From Trypanosoma brucei (taxonomy: Eukaryota), in the NCBI GenBank assembly GCA_000002445.1, contig CM000207.1, forward strand, positions 192,001 through 256,000: a DNA stretch of 64,000 nucleotides. The letters run 5' to 3'. Under the pieces are notes generated by a model. It was not told where the DNA came from, did not search any database, and saw only the letters and a list, made by a program, of their open reading frames with translations. Both the position numbers and the translations under genes were made by a program. Shown here one piece after another: positions 23,576 to 36,248 of the stretch (the stretch's first letter is position 1; the number at the start of each line of letters is the position of its first letter).

Positions 23576-25426
23576 GGTGAGTGACTGAAAATAAAAAGTA
23601 AACACTTAAACGACGGTATAGTGTAATAAGATTGAGTTAGTGGAAAGTAATGGGCAGGATTCACCAGGTATATTATTATAAAATAAAGTACTGAGGAGCT
23701 GACGGGTTGTACTCCGTGTGCAAAAAAAGAAATGAATAAGAAATTAGCGGAAGAAAGAGCGTACAGGCTGTCTCATAAAGATCTGGAAGTCAGTGGGTGC
23801 AAGAGACGTAGCTACTACGTTGTACAGACCGGTAGCTACCGGACGTGCTACTGAAAAAACTAAAAGGAAATATCGTTAACAAAATAAGAATCCGCGGATA
23901 TAAAAAATGTAGGATCTCTATGAAGTTTGTAAAATCTATGCTAAAAGTTCCCATTTCCGTGTCTTTATGCTAGTTATGTGTTAAGATATTTTAAGTAGTG
24001 AGTACCTTTCATGAGAGTGTTGCTTATACATGGCTAATGGCGCGTATTAATAAGGCAAATTTTGAGAGGAGGGAACTGTTAGAACTTAAAATGACAAGTC
24101 TTAGCGCAATCAGCATAATCCGAGGACAGATAAACACAAGCATAATCGAATGTTCATCCGTATGTGGAAGGAGCATAATTGATAAGTGGTTGTTTTGGGA
24201 ACATTATGTAGAGAAGTACAAACAAATAGAAGCAATAAGAAACCATTAAATTTTAATTTTTATCTACATAAATATGTGTAGTACTTTCAAGGATGGTTGG
24301 CCAGGGATTGGCAATGTTAGTTGAAAACAGAAATAGAAAGAAGGCGATGAAATAGAGTTTAAAGTGCAAAAATGAAAGCTGATGCGCTCGCTTTTTTTAA
24401 AAATTCCAGTAGCTGGATAATATAGCAAATAAACAATTGCATTTTTTATTTCCACCTCAAACAAATAGGATTTAAAAGCATTTCACCAGGAAATAGTCCT
24501 CAGTTACAAGAAAGCACAAAAACACACAACTGTTCTCTAATAGAGATACACCGCAATATTATTTTCACACAGCTAAAAGAACTCCGGCAACCAAAGCAAA
24601 AGCCGGCAAACTAAACTAGGAAATAAAGTCGATTGTAAAGCAAGCATAACGACATCCTTCGAGTAGAAAAGCAGCCGCCAATAGCATATAAATCAGAAAC
24701 AATTGCACCGGTTCTGTTTGACGGGAGAGTGGTTTAGGCGACTAGAGACGGTGAAGGCAAATAAGATGTGAGCGTCAATCTATTAGGCAGTGCTCAGGCC
24801 CACTAAAAACACTTCCATTAGCACTTAGTAGAAACAACCGCACAAAAACCGACAAGCACTCGATCACCTCAAAAACAGTGCACAAAAATGGAGCCAAAGG
24901 AAGGGACGCTCGGTCACCCAACCAAGAAAGATACCTTTTATTAGCGATTTCAGGCCATGCCGACAAACTTTTCATAGAAGTATAAGCAAGTTTCTAATTG
25001 ATACCATACATCTTGGAAGCTCGACGGCGGATACAGGGGCAGATGCATCCGACTCTAAGTAAACACAAAATGGAAGCAGATCACGTGATAAAATTTCTCA
25101 AAAACAAAAATATGTTTAAGTTGCAACTCCAAGTTTATGCAGCGGCTTACAAAAAATCCGAATGGAAAGATGGTGCTGAAGTTCTGACTGCGTTGAAAAA
25201 CAAGCCAATCAACAACCTACTAAGTGCTGCAGCCAACTCTTGTACATCAATTACACTACCGGTGATGACACTAGCGACAACGGAGAGCAGTTTCCGCTAG
25301 CCGTGGATGGTACTATCGGCGGACGAAAATTAGGCGCAACTCCAGCCCAAAATCGCGTCAATGCTAAAGATATTTTACTCGTTGTTTAAACTTTGGAAGA
25401 TAGCCCTATCCTTTAAGACACAGCCA

Positions 25427-27129
25427 ATGAAGCAAGAAAAGTTCATTTATATACTACTATTTTTTTTAGCGTTAGTGACCGTCGCTAACTCAGCAAACAA
25501 AAACGAACATGAATTTGACCAGATGTGCCGCTTGTACAAGCTTTTAAACATCCCCATAACGATGCCAGGATTGACTATCAGTCAAAGAAGCGATAGCACA
25601 GAGGCAGCCAATCAAATAACGCTCGGCATTTTAGACAGAGCCCAAAAGATAAATATGTATGTGGCATAGAAACCGATAGTAGAATTTTTAACGAGCACGG
25701 ATAAATACAAAAACAAAGCTGCATTCGACAGTGACGCCGCAAAGAAGGGATATTTCAATCCAAAAGATGATGCTGAACTCGAGAAAATGTGAAGCGCCTA
25801 CAAAGAGGTTCAAGGCGCTCAGGGCGCTGAAAAGGCGTTTTCCAAAAAGTAAGGCAGAGCGCTAGAAAAAAAAAGCAAAGGCAGTTACCACGACCTGCAA
25901 TTGCAAATCTATACCAAAACCTGGCAAACACAGCGGCGCTTTTCCAACACCTCGAAGCAAAGTTACGCCAAACAATTGCAGCGGCCAGGGTGCACATGGA
26001 AAAGGCGCTGTACGGTGCCAAGTATGCCGCAACACCAACAGATCTTCTCAGCTCGGCGGCACCACTACCAAAACCGGCTGCAGCAAACTTCCCTTGGCAG
26101 ACCAGTGCGGACAGAAAAACAGCCTGTGCAGCGCCAGATGCAGCCGAAGCGACTAAAGCCGACAATGCGCTAGCCACAGATGTAGTGTGCATATGCATAC
26201 GCGACCATTCGACATCCCACGACACATGCGCAACAGGGATCCGCCAAAAAAGCGCCAACTTTGCAGCCACCAGGTCGCCGGCAAATGCAGCAGACGCCTT
26301 CACATAGATAGTAGCACAATGCAAACCAACCGATGACGAAGCAGCGCTGTTAAACATAGCAAGCAAGCTCACAGAGGCTGTCCAAGCGGTGTACACCTGG
26401 TTAGGCAAAAATGTATTCACCGCAGCGGTGGCAAACGGTGGACCAAACGGCGCAGCGAAGCGCTTTAATTTCTATGGCATCACCGCCCTAGGCGGTGCAG
26501 CACCGGGTCGCGGGGCGCGACAACGCACGCAACGGCAGGGGAAGGGGTGTGCATCGACTACTCTGCTTACCTCAAACCCACTAAAGGAATCCCTTGGATC
26601 AACAACATTGAAGCCGCAGCAGCGGAGCTAAAGAAGGGCAAGGAACTTTTTCCAGAATTGAACAGAGAGCTGGCGAAAGCAGTGGCACAAGAAAGACAAA
26701 TAGAAACGCTGCTTTTACTTGGCACTTTATTAACCCCGGCAGTAACAACAGCCCCAACAGAAAAAACATACAAGAAACCAACAGTAGAGGACCAAAACAA
26801 ATGCAAAGAAGCCACAAACAAAACACTAGAAGGATGCGCGGCTGTCGACTGCGACTATGACAGCGAGAAGATCGAATGCAAACCCAAACCAGGAACAGAA
26901 ACCACAGTAGCAGGAACAGGACCAGGAGACCAAGCAGGAGCACCAACAGGAGCAACTGGATATGCAACAAACAAAAATAAAACCACTTGTGAGACTGACA
27001 AAAAAGATGGTAAGCAAAATTGTGCATGGACGAAGGAAAAAGATAATGAAGATGACAAGGACACGGAAAAGTTTCGCTCTTCTAGTTATTTATAAAAAAA
27101 ATTGTACTTATCGTTTCTTGTCTTGCAAG
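25427..27129 (+). pseudogene. VSG pseudogene with several frameshifts in the N-terminal domain and an in-frame TAA in the GPI signal.
   Basis: Signal peptide MKQEKFIYILLFFLALVTVANS, ATDVVCICIRDHS motif, C-terminal domain ORF 26547-27095 (GIPWINNIEAAAAELKK...), and tail SSSYL*KKLYLSFLVLQV*. Confidence 0.75.
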
Positions 27130-27243
27130 TTTAGTGAAATTTTGAGGATTCATAAAATTTAAGGATTTTTGCTCAATTTTATGAAATTTACTGAAATTTT
27201 CTTTCTTGAGAGAAATTGATAATTTTTCTGAAGTTTGCGAAAT

Positions 27244-27260
27244 TTGATATGTTTTAACAC
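27244..27260 (+). promoter_or_regulatory. VSG 3'UTR 16-mer (ttgatatgttttaacac).
   Basis: Consensus match. Confidence 0.8.
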
Positions 27261-27439
27261 TATTTCTTGAAAATGTACAAGTTGTAGAAAATTATAAGGA
27301 TTTTAAGAATGTAGAACTTTATTAAATGTATATGATAGTAGCTTATGGATGCAAAGCAGTGGGTGATAGGGAATGAAAAATGAGTGCTACTCTTCTCTTG
27401 TCTTCTCTGTTTAGTTAATCCATATTAGTTGCGAATATA

Positions 27440-27520
27440 ATAATCGTATAGAAATTTTTAAAATGGTATTTGTAATGGGGTGTGTTATGAGTGTGTATAT
27501 ACGAATATTATAATGAGAGC

Positions 27521-27569
<49 letters not shown>

Positions 27570-27625
27570 GGAGAGTGTGGTGAGTGTGTGTATATACGCA
27601 TATTATAATCTGTGAGTGGTGTTAC
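27440..27625 (+). repeat. 70-bp repeat block (2 units with a (TAA)n core).
   Basis: gtgtgttatgagtgtgtatatacgaatattataatgagagc (aat)n aggagagtgtggtgagtgtgtgtatatacgcatattataatc. Confidence 0.85.
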
Positions 27626-29086
27626 AGAGTCACTGGAAGTGGAAAAAGAAGCACTTAGCGCAAAATATTATAGGTAATTAAAGTGAGTGAGTGAGCGAGA
27701 TTTGGAGAGAAAGTGGAGATGGAACTTGCGCCGTTTCTAGCGGCATCCTGACCAATGGCGTAATCATGCACAAGGCGATAATGAGGTTGAAAGTGATGGT
27801 GAGAGACAGAGTACAGTGTGCAGAAGAAATAGAGTCGCTGACAGTGACACAAAGAAGCAGTGGAAGTGGGAAGAACCGAATACCGTATCGACAATATGCT
27901 CTCAAGATCTTTTTGAAGGATTCTTTTTTAAAACTGACGCACTGTAATAAATATAAAGAAACATAAGCCATAGAATTCATCTGATAGGAGCTGTTCACTT
28001 TGTATAAAAGTGCACTGCTCACCAGATATAACAAAATCTGTAAAATAGAGACGTAAAAAGCAGTTGATGGTCGGAAAGACACCTGACTAAAGAGCTAAAC
28101 CCTCAATAAATTTATAAAGGCTAAGAGTAAACGCAAGAATGCATAAAAACAGCAGAAAAAAGGAAATAAAGGCGTTATTGCGTCACAAGATGTCTTAGAA
28201 AAAGAAATTAATTTCACTTACACTAAAGTAAGTAGAAAAAGTTATTAGCAACAAGAATTTAGTTGTTTACTAGAGTCGAGAATGTAAAGTTATGAAAATG
28301 TAGTTTAAATCGCATATTGAGTATATTAGAATCAAGCCGACCACAAGAGTGCAATATGGCTTTATAAGATGAAGCAACCACTCAAAGAGAAGCCATTTTG
28401 AAGCGAAAATTTACTTCTCTCACAGCTTTTTAAACACAGAAATTCAAAAGAAAGCAATAGTGATAAAAAAGGGTGATTAGGAAACCGCATTTACATGACA
28501 CATAAAACTTACGTAGTAAACCAGTATATAAGCCGAAAGGAGATGACAATATAGACCACACGAAGCTCGATAAAAAATAAAAAATAACGTCTACCTGTGG
28601 ACAGCAGCTTAGGGGAAAGTGGATGCCTGAAGCACCAGAAAATCAATTAGCAACACCTATGTGGTGGAAGCAAAAAATACAGCATACCAACTTATCAATA
28701 AATAAAAAAAACAAGCACGTAAAACGTACATAACAAAGAGACGGCTAAATCTAACGTCGAAGAAAAAGGCAGCAACTATTTGCGGTCAACTGGAAAAGTG
28801 TCAATGTTAAATGGCCGTGTAGAGAGCAACAAGCAGCCACTGAGCCGAAATGAATTAGTATATGAAAATTCAGCATCTAAAACAGGATGACATAGGTTAA
28901 TCAGAAATAGTCATGATCCAAAGAAAGAAAAGTTTTTTTTAATCAACATTTACACCTAGATGCAGGACGACATAACACACAAACCCCACAATTAAAGTTT
29001 AAGCTCAATAAAAAAAGAAACCTTCAGTACCGCTAATCTTTCCGAGAAAATAAGTAGGTTTCAGAATCAACAGGAAACTCAAGACA

Positions 29087-30667
29087 GTGCCGGCAGATAT
29101 GTGTAAAACCAAAAGCAGCAGCAGCCTAGGAGCCTACACCTTCCTGACGTTAATAACGTTAATAGCTGTTTCCGGCACAGACACGCCAGAAGAAATTACC
29201 AAGGATGCCTGCGGCTCAGCGGCCTTCCTTCGCATAGTCGCGGACACTGTTAAAAGTGGACTTTTAGCAGCTGTGAAGCGAAACAACGAACTGAACAAAA
29301 GACTAGCACAGGCAACGGCAGCAGTACGCAACCAACAAAGGCCGGATCTTGGCAAAGCAGCAATGGCTTTATTGCCAATTCTAGCAAAGAAGGCGGCCGA
29401 GGAGACGTCGGCAGCCCTGGCAATGCCAACAAGGGCATTGCCAGGACTCGTAGCGGCAGCAAATTACAGTGGGCAGCAGCAGGCGCTAGCGGCGCTACTG
29501 ACAACAGAAGTAGCAGACAGCACAACAGGCCAAAGCGACGTGGGAAGCGCAGCCTCAGGGACAGCCAACATCAAATTTAAACTCAGCCAAACCAACGGAC
29601 TCACCTCGTGCGCTAGCAGCGTAAACAAGGCGGCGGACAAACACGCGTCGTGGGCCACAGTCCCAGGCCTAAAAAAATTCAGCATACACTCGCCAGAACC
29701 GGAGGTGTCGGCCAGCGACAACAGGTTTCTGGCGGTTGGCAAAGGCAGCGGCAACGGACAACAATGTGACGTAAATGGAGGAACAAACAAGCAGTTCACA
29801 GTTACAAGCTCACACGTTTGCATAGCAGGCGGCCCTGTATTTTCAGCAGCACAAAAGCAACTAGACGCCGGCACCTCAGGTGACTACGGTCGGGGGCACA
29901 TAAGCAGCTACAGCGAAACCGACGAAGACCATTTCGCCAAGCAGGCGGCGACAGACATCAAAACCGCCGTCAACGCCCTAGCAAGCAGAGCGGGGGCGTT
30001 TGATCCCAACGAACTAAGCAGCTATGACGCCGACCCGGATTTCCAGGCTGCGGTGGGCGCAATCTACGGCAATTTACCCCGAGACAAAGCAACCGGCGAA
30101 GCAAAAAATACAGTATCCAACCTTATCACACAGCATTTTGGAAAGGCGCAAAACTTCAAAAGCAAGATTTGGGACGAAATCGAAAAGCTGAAAGTGCCAG
30201 CAACAGTCCTTGGAGACAAGGCAGAGATGACGCTAAAGGACGTTGACGACATAGGATTAGCTACACATATAATGGTACAACACATTACCGCCAGCTTCCA
30301 AAAGTCAGCACCTCAAGCAGAAAAGCAGCCAGATACCACAGAAGTCAAACCAGGAAAAGCAGAAGAAACGAAAAAAACAGCAGACGAATGCAAAAAGCAT
30401 ACAACAAGTGAAGATTGTAAAAAGGAAAAAGGTTGTGATTTTGTTGAGAAAAAACCGGAAGGTGAAAAATGCTTTCCAAAAGTTGAGACTGACAAGAAAG
30501 ATGAAGAAAATAATGGGAAAGAAAGCTCTGACCGCAAAGATAAGCCTTAGAAAGATTGCACTGGAAACTGCAAATGGGAAAATAATGCTTGCAAGGATTA
30601 TAGTTTTATTGTCAATAAGAAATTTGCTTTGACGGCTGCTACCCTTATAGGTTTGTTAGGATTCTAA
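29087..30667 (+). pseudogene. Near-intact VSG (about 526 codons in one frame) carrying a single in-frame TAG at 30548-30550 in the C-terminal domain.
   Basis: ORF 29087-30550 continues in the same frame after the TAG as KDCTGNCKWENNACKDYSFIVNKKFALTAATLIGLLGF* (stop 30665-30667). No frameshifts were seen. Confidence 0.8.
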
Positions 30668-30889
30668 TATTATAAGAATTTTCTTTCAAATTTATGAAGT
30701 TTAAGAAAGTTAAGAGAATTTGCTATCATTTGATAGATTTTGATACTTTCTGATGAAAAAGTGCAAAATGACAAAAATTTTAAATAATACAGAAATATGA
30801 ACTTCGTGTGGGACTGGCCTATTGGTGCAACCTAATAGGGTTAGAGGGTATGAAAAATTAGTAATACTCCAATTTGTTTTATTTTGTTT

Positions 30890-31125
30890 ACGTTATGTAT
30901 ACTAGATATTGTTATAATAGTAACAATAAGGATATTAGTATAGCAGGAGAGTGTTTTGAACGTGTGTATATACGAATATTATAATAAGAGCAGTAATGAT
31001 AAAAATAGTAATAATAATAATAATGATAATAATAATAATAATGATAATAATAATAATAATAATGATAATAATAATAGGAGAATGTTGTGAGAGAGTGCAT
31101 ATACGAATATTATAATAAGGGCACT
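30890..31125 (+). repeat. 70-bp repeat block (about 2–3 units).
   Basis: gcaggagagtgttttgaacgtgtgtatatacgaatattataataagagc ... (taa/tga)n ... ggagaatgttgtgagagagtgcatatacgaatattataataagg. Confidence 0.85.
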
Positions 31126-32854
31126 GGTGAAAAATAAATGGACAAAAAAGATAGAAGCAGTTAAAAACAATAGCGGAATGAAACTTTAGTAGCATGATGA
31201 AACCGAAACAAAGATTGTGAGATAGCACGATAAATATTATTTATGGGGGCGCGTGGAGATAGATGGAAAAGATAAAGACACGTAATTTTAAACACTAAGA
31301 TCAAGCTGGGAATTATCATACACAAGAAGATGATTGAGTGGACAATAAATGGAGAGAAAGTCGAATGCAGAATCAAAAATAGGTCACTTCGTTATCTGAA
31401 GAAGCTGAAAAAAAGGACAAAAAAGTAGAAACAAAAATATGATATGAAACAACGGAATGCGTGGAATAACATGGGACATAAAAAATAATACATCAAGACG
31501 AGCCACTGATACGCCATATTTAGCACAGAAATATATAGAGGCTACGGCGATGATGATGTTAGCGCCTGTAGGTTTTAATCTTATGGCAGTTTTTAATGTC
31601 CATTTAAAAAACCAAAAAAGTAGAAGCAGCAGATGCAGGAAGAGGGATTTAATAAGTGTAATGTAACGCGAAACTTTTCTTATCAGAAATAGTATGAAAG
31701 ATCAATATTTATGGACATCGATATAATGTTATCGGGAAAATGGTTTTAAAAATTGGAATACTAATGAATTACTGTGGCGAGCAGCAAAAGAATAAAAATA
31801 CGAATCCTTCAGGAAATGATACATATGAACACATAGAATATCTCTATGAAGTGGAGAAATTCAACGGTGATATTCCTCCAATTTTTTTTGGTATACGAGC
31901 CAGACACTAAAACCTTTGAAATAGCGAGCAATTCATATAAAAGTGGTCAGTAACCCCAAGTTGAAGTGGAGCATAAAGTAAGACAATAAGAGCAACGAAG
32001 GAACTTTCAGGAGGCAAAGTAACAATGCTTAAACGCCGGAGGGTACAAATAAACCAGGAATGAAATGAAGAATCAGACGAAACAGCGTTGTGATCATTTT
32101 CAACGCTGTTAAATTTTCATTCTGAAACAAAGCTAGAGCCGTAAAGTGGAACCAAATAGAAACCATTGCAACGCGTAAATGATATATCTTTAAAATTTGG
32201 ATAAACCTCTTTCACAGTAAAAAGTGAACATTGTTGAGCTTAACGGAGTTCTTTATTACGTCTCGACCCTTACAAACAAATATGAAAAACATAGAATCGT
32301 TTGACGCGAACCAATGAAGCGACCAAATTTTGTATATTTCCATTTTTCCACAGTTTTTTATTCTTACTTGGGGACGTCCAGCCGTCCGGATGTTTATTTA
32401 TAGCGCCGCCCTTAATCTTAAAGCTAACTTTTCAGGTGAGAAGTAAGGCAGAAAGGATAAATTTTAATCATTCACCGGCTGTTGATGATGACGCTGGCGC
32501 TGATTGAGCAGCCCGGAGTGCAGCCAAAGGGGTGGATGATCTTTTTGTGCCTATTTTGCAAATAAGACGGACCAACTTCGTACACCACAAAAAGAGACCC
32601 AACAAGAACGTACCAGTTACATCCCTATTAGGTAATCATCTTCTAGTGGAGAGTGCAGCGCGGATGTAGCCAGCAGTGGCAGCGCTAGTCAGCAGAAAAG
32701 AGTTCTGACCGTTAAAACTACAAGCACCACACGGTGCGGGATTAAACTATATCGAAGTAATCGAAAACAGAAACTAGCGCACGTAATGACTCAAGCAAGA
32801 AACACTAAGCCACAGCAATGGTAACGCCAATTCGAGTATTTCAATTTCAAAAAT

Positions 32855-34381
32855 TTGATTAAATACCTTTCACCGCGTACCAGTTTAGGAATAAAAAGAA
32901 TGTCACCAAAGTTAGGGATAGCCCCGACGCTGCTAATCGCTTCACTAACATCACCACGACCAGGCGAAGCAACAGCGGGAAACGCCATCAAGAAAGCAAA
33001 CTGGCAAGCAATATGCAAAGTAACCGCTGACGCAGGAAATCTAGCAGGAATTGCGCTAACGAATATTCGAGCGCCTGCATTGCAAGTGGCGGCTGACATA
33101 AAAGCACTCTTACGCACTTTAATCTACATAGAAGGCAACTCAACCAATGCAGCGACAAAAGCGCAGAGAACAGCAACAGCTTTCCTAGGCGGCCAAACAG
33201 CAGAGAACCTAGAATACTACTCATCAACAAGTGTAGCAACAGACGTAACAACAGCCCGAAACGCCGGCAGGCTGCAAGGAGCAACGCACGAATTCATGTC
33301 TGTACAAGCAGACGGATCAACCTCAGCAAACGGCTGTATCGGCGATGACGAGTCTGGAACCAACGCATTAGCGGGATTCAGCGCCGTCGTAGCGGCAGAC
33401 CCAAACTGTCAGCTCAGCTGGGAAACAGTAACACCGTACGACGGCGCAGTGACAGCCATAACGAAAACGGGACTAAGCGGAAAATTTGCAAATGCCATAG
33501 CGCACAACGAGTTCACAAGCGGAGACAGAAAATGCAACATCAATTCGGACGCAAGCGGATTTAAACTGAGCAACGACGGTACCGGCGTTGACACAGCAGG
33601 GCACAACCCCAAGATGGCCGCAGGGATAATAAGCCTAGACGGAACCAACGGCATTCACACGGTGGCGCTGGCGAACGTCATGACAAACGACGAACACCCG
33701 TACCTCAAAGCGGCAGCAACAGCCGCAAAGCGGGGCAAGCAAACGCCTAAAGCAGCGGACCTCACAACTGCAGATACTGCCTTAGCCTCAACAGGTTTCA
33801 AAAAGGCAGCTCGCAGACACATTCTTGGTAAAAAGGAAACAGCCGATGACAGCGATACCACATTGGCAGCAAAGGTCAAGGAAGCTTTTGGTAGTGACGA
33901 GAGCATCAACAAATTAATATCAACCAACGTAAACGATATGCCTATCACAGGCATACTAAAATACAACACAGATGCCAAAAGCCTAGGCCAAATAACCGAC
34001 ATAAGCGAGCTGCTGCGCTTGTACTTTTACTACTCGGACTTGAACAAACAGAAGCTGGCTGAGACCGCGAAAAAACTTCAAGAGGCAGAATTCAAGAAAG
34101 AGACAAAATCAGCAAAAGAGAAAGAAAAAGAAGGCAATACCAAAGGCAAGGACAAACAAGATGGGTGTGACAAGCTAAAGGACCAGGGATGTGTTTTTAA
34201 CAAAGATGGCAATGATGGTGAAAAGTGCACATTGAAAAAGGAGGCGAAAGAAAAACTGAAAAAAGCAGGCCAAGAAACAGGAGAGAAAGATAGCAAAACC
34301 AGAACCACAAACACCACAGGAATCAATTCTTTTGTCATTAACAAGGCCCCTCTTTTGCTTCCAGTTTTGCTTCTAGCATAA
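32855..34381 (+). CDS. Apparently intact VSG gene (508 aa from the first ATG; the likelier start is the ATG at 32900, giving 494 aa).
   Basis: One uninterrupted ORF: signal peptide MSPKLGIAPTLLIASLTSPRPGEA, N-terminal domain, C-terminal domain (DGCDKLKDQGCVFNKDGNDGEKC), and canonical GPI signal NTTGINSFVINKAPLLLPVLLLA*. A 70-bp repeat lies about 1.8 kb upstream, and a degenerate 16-mer lies downstream at about 34470. Confidence 0.85.
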   Translation: MIKYLSPRTSLGIKRMSPKLGIAPTLLIASLTSPRPGEATAGNAIKKANWQAICKVTADAGNLAGIALTNIRAPALQVAADIKALLRTLIYIEGNSTNAATKAQRTATAFLGGQTAENLEYYSSTSVATDVTTARNAGRLQGATHEFMSVQADGSTSANGCIGDDESGTNALAGFSAVVAADPNCQLSWETVTPYDGAVTAITKTGLSGKFANAIAHNEFTSGDRKCNINSDASGFKLSNDGTGVDTAGHNPKMAAGIISLDGTNGIHTVALANVMTNDEHPYLKAAATAAKRGKQTPKAADLTTADTALASTGFKKAARRHILGKKETADDSDTTLAAKVKEAFGSDESINKLISTNVNDMPITGILKYNTDAKSLGQITDISELLRLYFYYSDLNKQKLAETAKKLQEAEFKKETKSAKEKEKEGNTKGKDKQDGCDKLKDQGCVFNKDGNDGEKCTLKKEAKEKLKKAGQETGEKDSKTRTTNTTGINSFVINKAPLLLPVLLLA

Positions 34382-34599
34382 TACTTCTAAAAATTATTGG
34401 TAAAATACTTTCGCTTCATTTTATTACATCTATAAAATATGATAATTTGAGAAAAATTATCTAAAATTGTAATATATGCTAACCCTTTTCGATGAAAATA
34501 TGCAAATTAGAAAAAATAAAAAATAAATTTCAATAATATGTATATCATAGTGGTATGTGGGTGTAAAGTAGGATGGTAAAACGCTGTAAAAAGTGAATT

Positions 34600-34700
34600 C
34601 TCTTATAATTTTTTTGCTTTTCATGTATGTTATAAATAATAATAATTATTATTATTAATAATGATGGTGCAAGAAGAGACGTGAACGTGCACTTCTTAAT
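34600..34700 (+). repeat. Degenerate 70-bp repeat.
   Basis: tataaataataataattattattattaataatgatggtg..., lacking a good GTGAGTGTGTATATAC tail. Confidence 0.55.
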
Positions 34701-36248
34701 ATTATTTTAAAAGTGGTAGTAAAAATCTAATAAAAGGTAAAAGAAAGCGCTTCTAATTGGCGTACAGATACTATGGGGTAGTTGAGTGATTTAGCGTTAA
34801 AAAAGAAATATTATTAAAGGAAACTTTGAACGATAGAGAAAAAATGGAATATGCTGGTTCTCAAATACAAATATGGTAATAAAAATTATTATACATGAAG
34901 AGGTGATGGGTGTAAAATGAGAGAGAGGATACTCCAGCGCAAAAATCAAGTGAAACCATTATGTTTTCCGAGTAAAGGGCTGCAAAAGATGACAGAAAAA
35001 TAAAGAAAATCTTCAGTGAAACAACTAGATGCACAACAACAAAGTGCATAGAATTTAACAGCTAAAGAGCTTACAAGTCGTTTTAAAGCTGGGTTTATCT
35101 TCAGATGTAAGAAAGTAGGGAAGTAGCGCTCGAAAATGGAGCTGATGATGGGAACCAAGATTGAAGCAACAACAAAAACAGTAGTGAAATAGAAGAATCA
35201 TATGTGCCAAGCTTAAATGCACAGAAAATAAGGGAGACCAAGGTAAAACTAAAAGGGTAGTTGCATTACAAGATAGTAGACAAACGGTTAGCATTAGTTG
35301 CACTACACTCAAGTTGATTTGGTAAGTTACTAGATAGAAGAGAGAATTTATTACCTTGTATAAGTGGTCACGTGAAGGTGTTAAAATACCATTCAAACAG
35401 GATATTTAATAAATCATACTTGAAGCTGCTGACAACTAATAAACTTGTGTTAATCATATCAAGCATATGGTACCGTATAGATTTTACCTGCCGTGAATAT
35501 TTCATCCATATTCTAGTTTTTTAAAGTTTAATTTTTAAAGGAACCAAAACAGACACCACGCAGAAGAAGAGACACAAACAATTGGATTGCGCTTGCGGAA
35601 TATGCCATAAGCCTATACAGCGAGTCGGAGTAACAACGGAATCTACGCTACATGCAACTATCCGAAAGAAAAAGCACCATGGCGATGCCGAGCAATGCAT
35701 AAAATGTGTTTTCAAAAACACTTCCAGAAACATCCAAGAAAAAGTTTGGCTATAGTCGTCCCCACAAAGCAAAAGACGTGGTGGCAGTCAGATTAACGCA
35801 AACATGGTTGAAACTCACCTGTAACAAAGCATTAGAAGCGGAAAATAGAGACATGATAATGGCATGGTAACACTTTTCCGTCCGCCATTCTATTTACATA
35901 TCAACAGCAGTGGCGGCTTTTTAGTGTATGCGTGCCAGGTGGAAAAAGGAAGAGAGATACGCCAGGTAGGTCGACAAATCTATTAAAGAAAAAACCATGA
36001 CTGTGTCGACAATGACGCAGCAACTCTGGAAATTTATTACTAAAATTGATAAATCAACGGCAGTAACTGCGTGAGACTTAGGCACATATCCTTACCAATC
36101 CTCGAGCAGCCTTTCACGACTCAAACCACAAGTAGACAACAAAACCTAACCGTTCATTCATATAGCCAAGTAAAGGAACGCAACACCAACAACAAGATAG
36201 TGGAGACAGTCCCCAAGCTCTCCTAGGGAGGCAACGCAAATTGAAACG

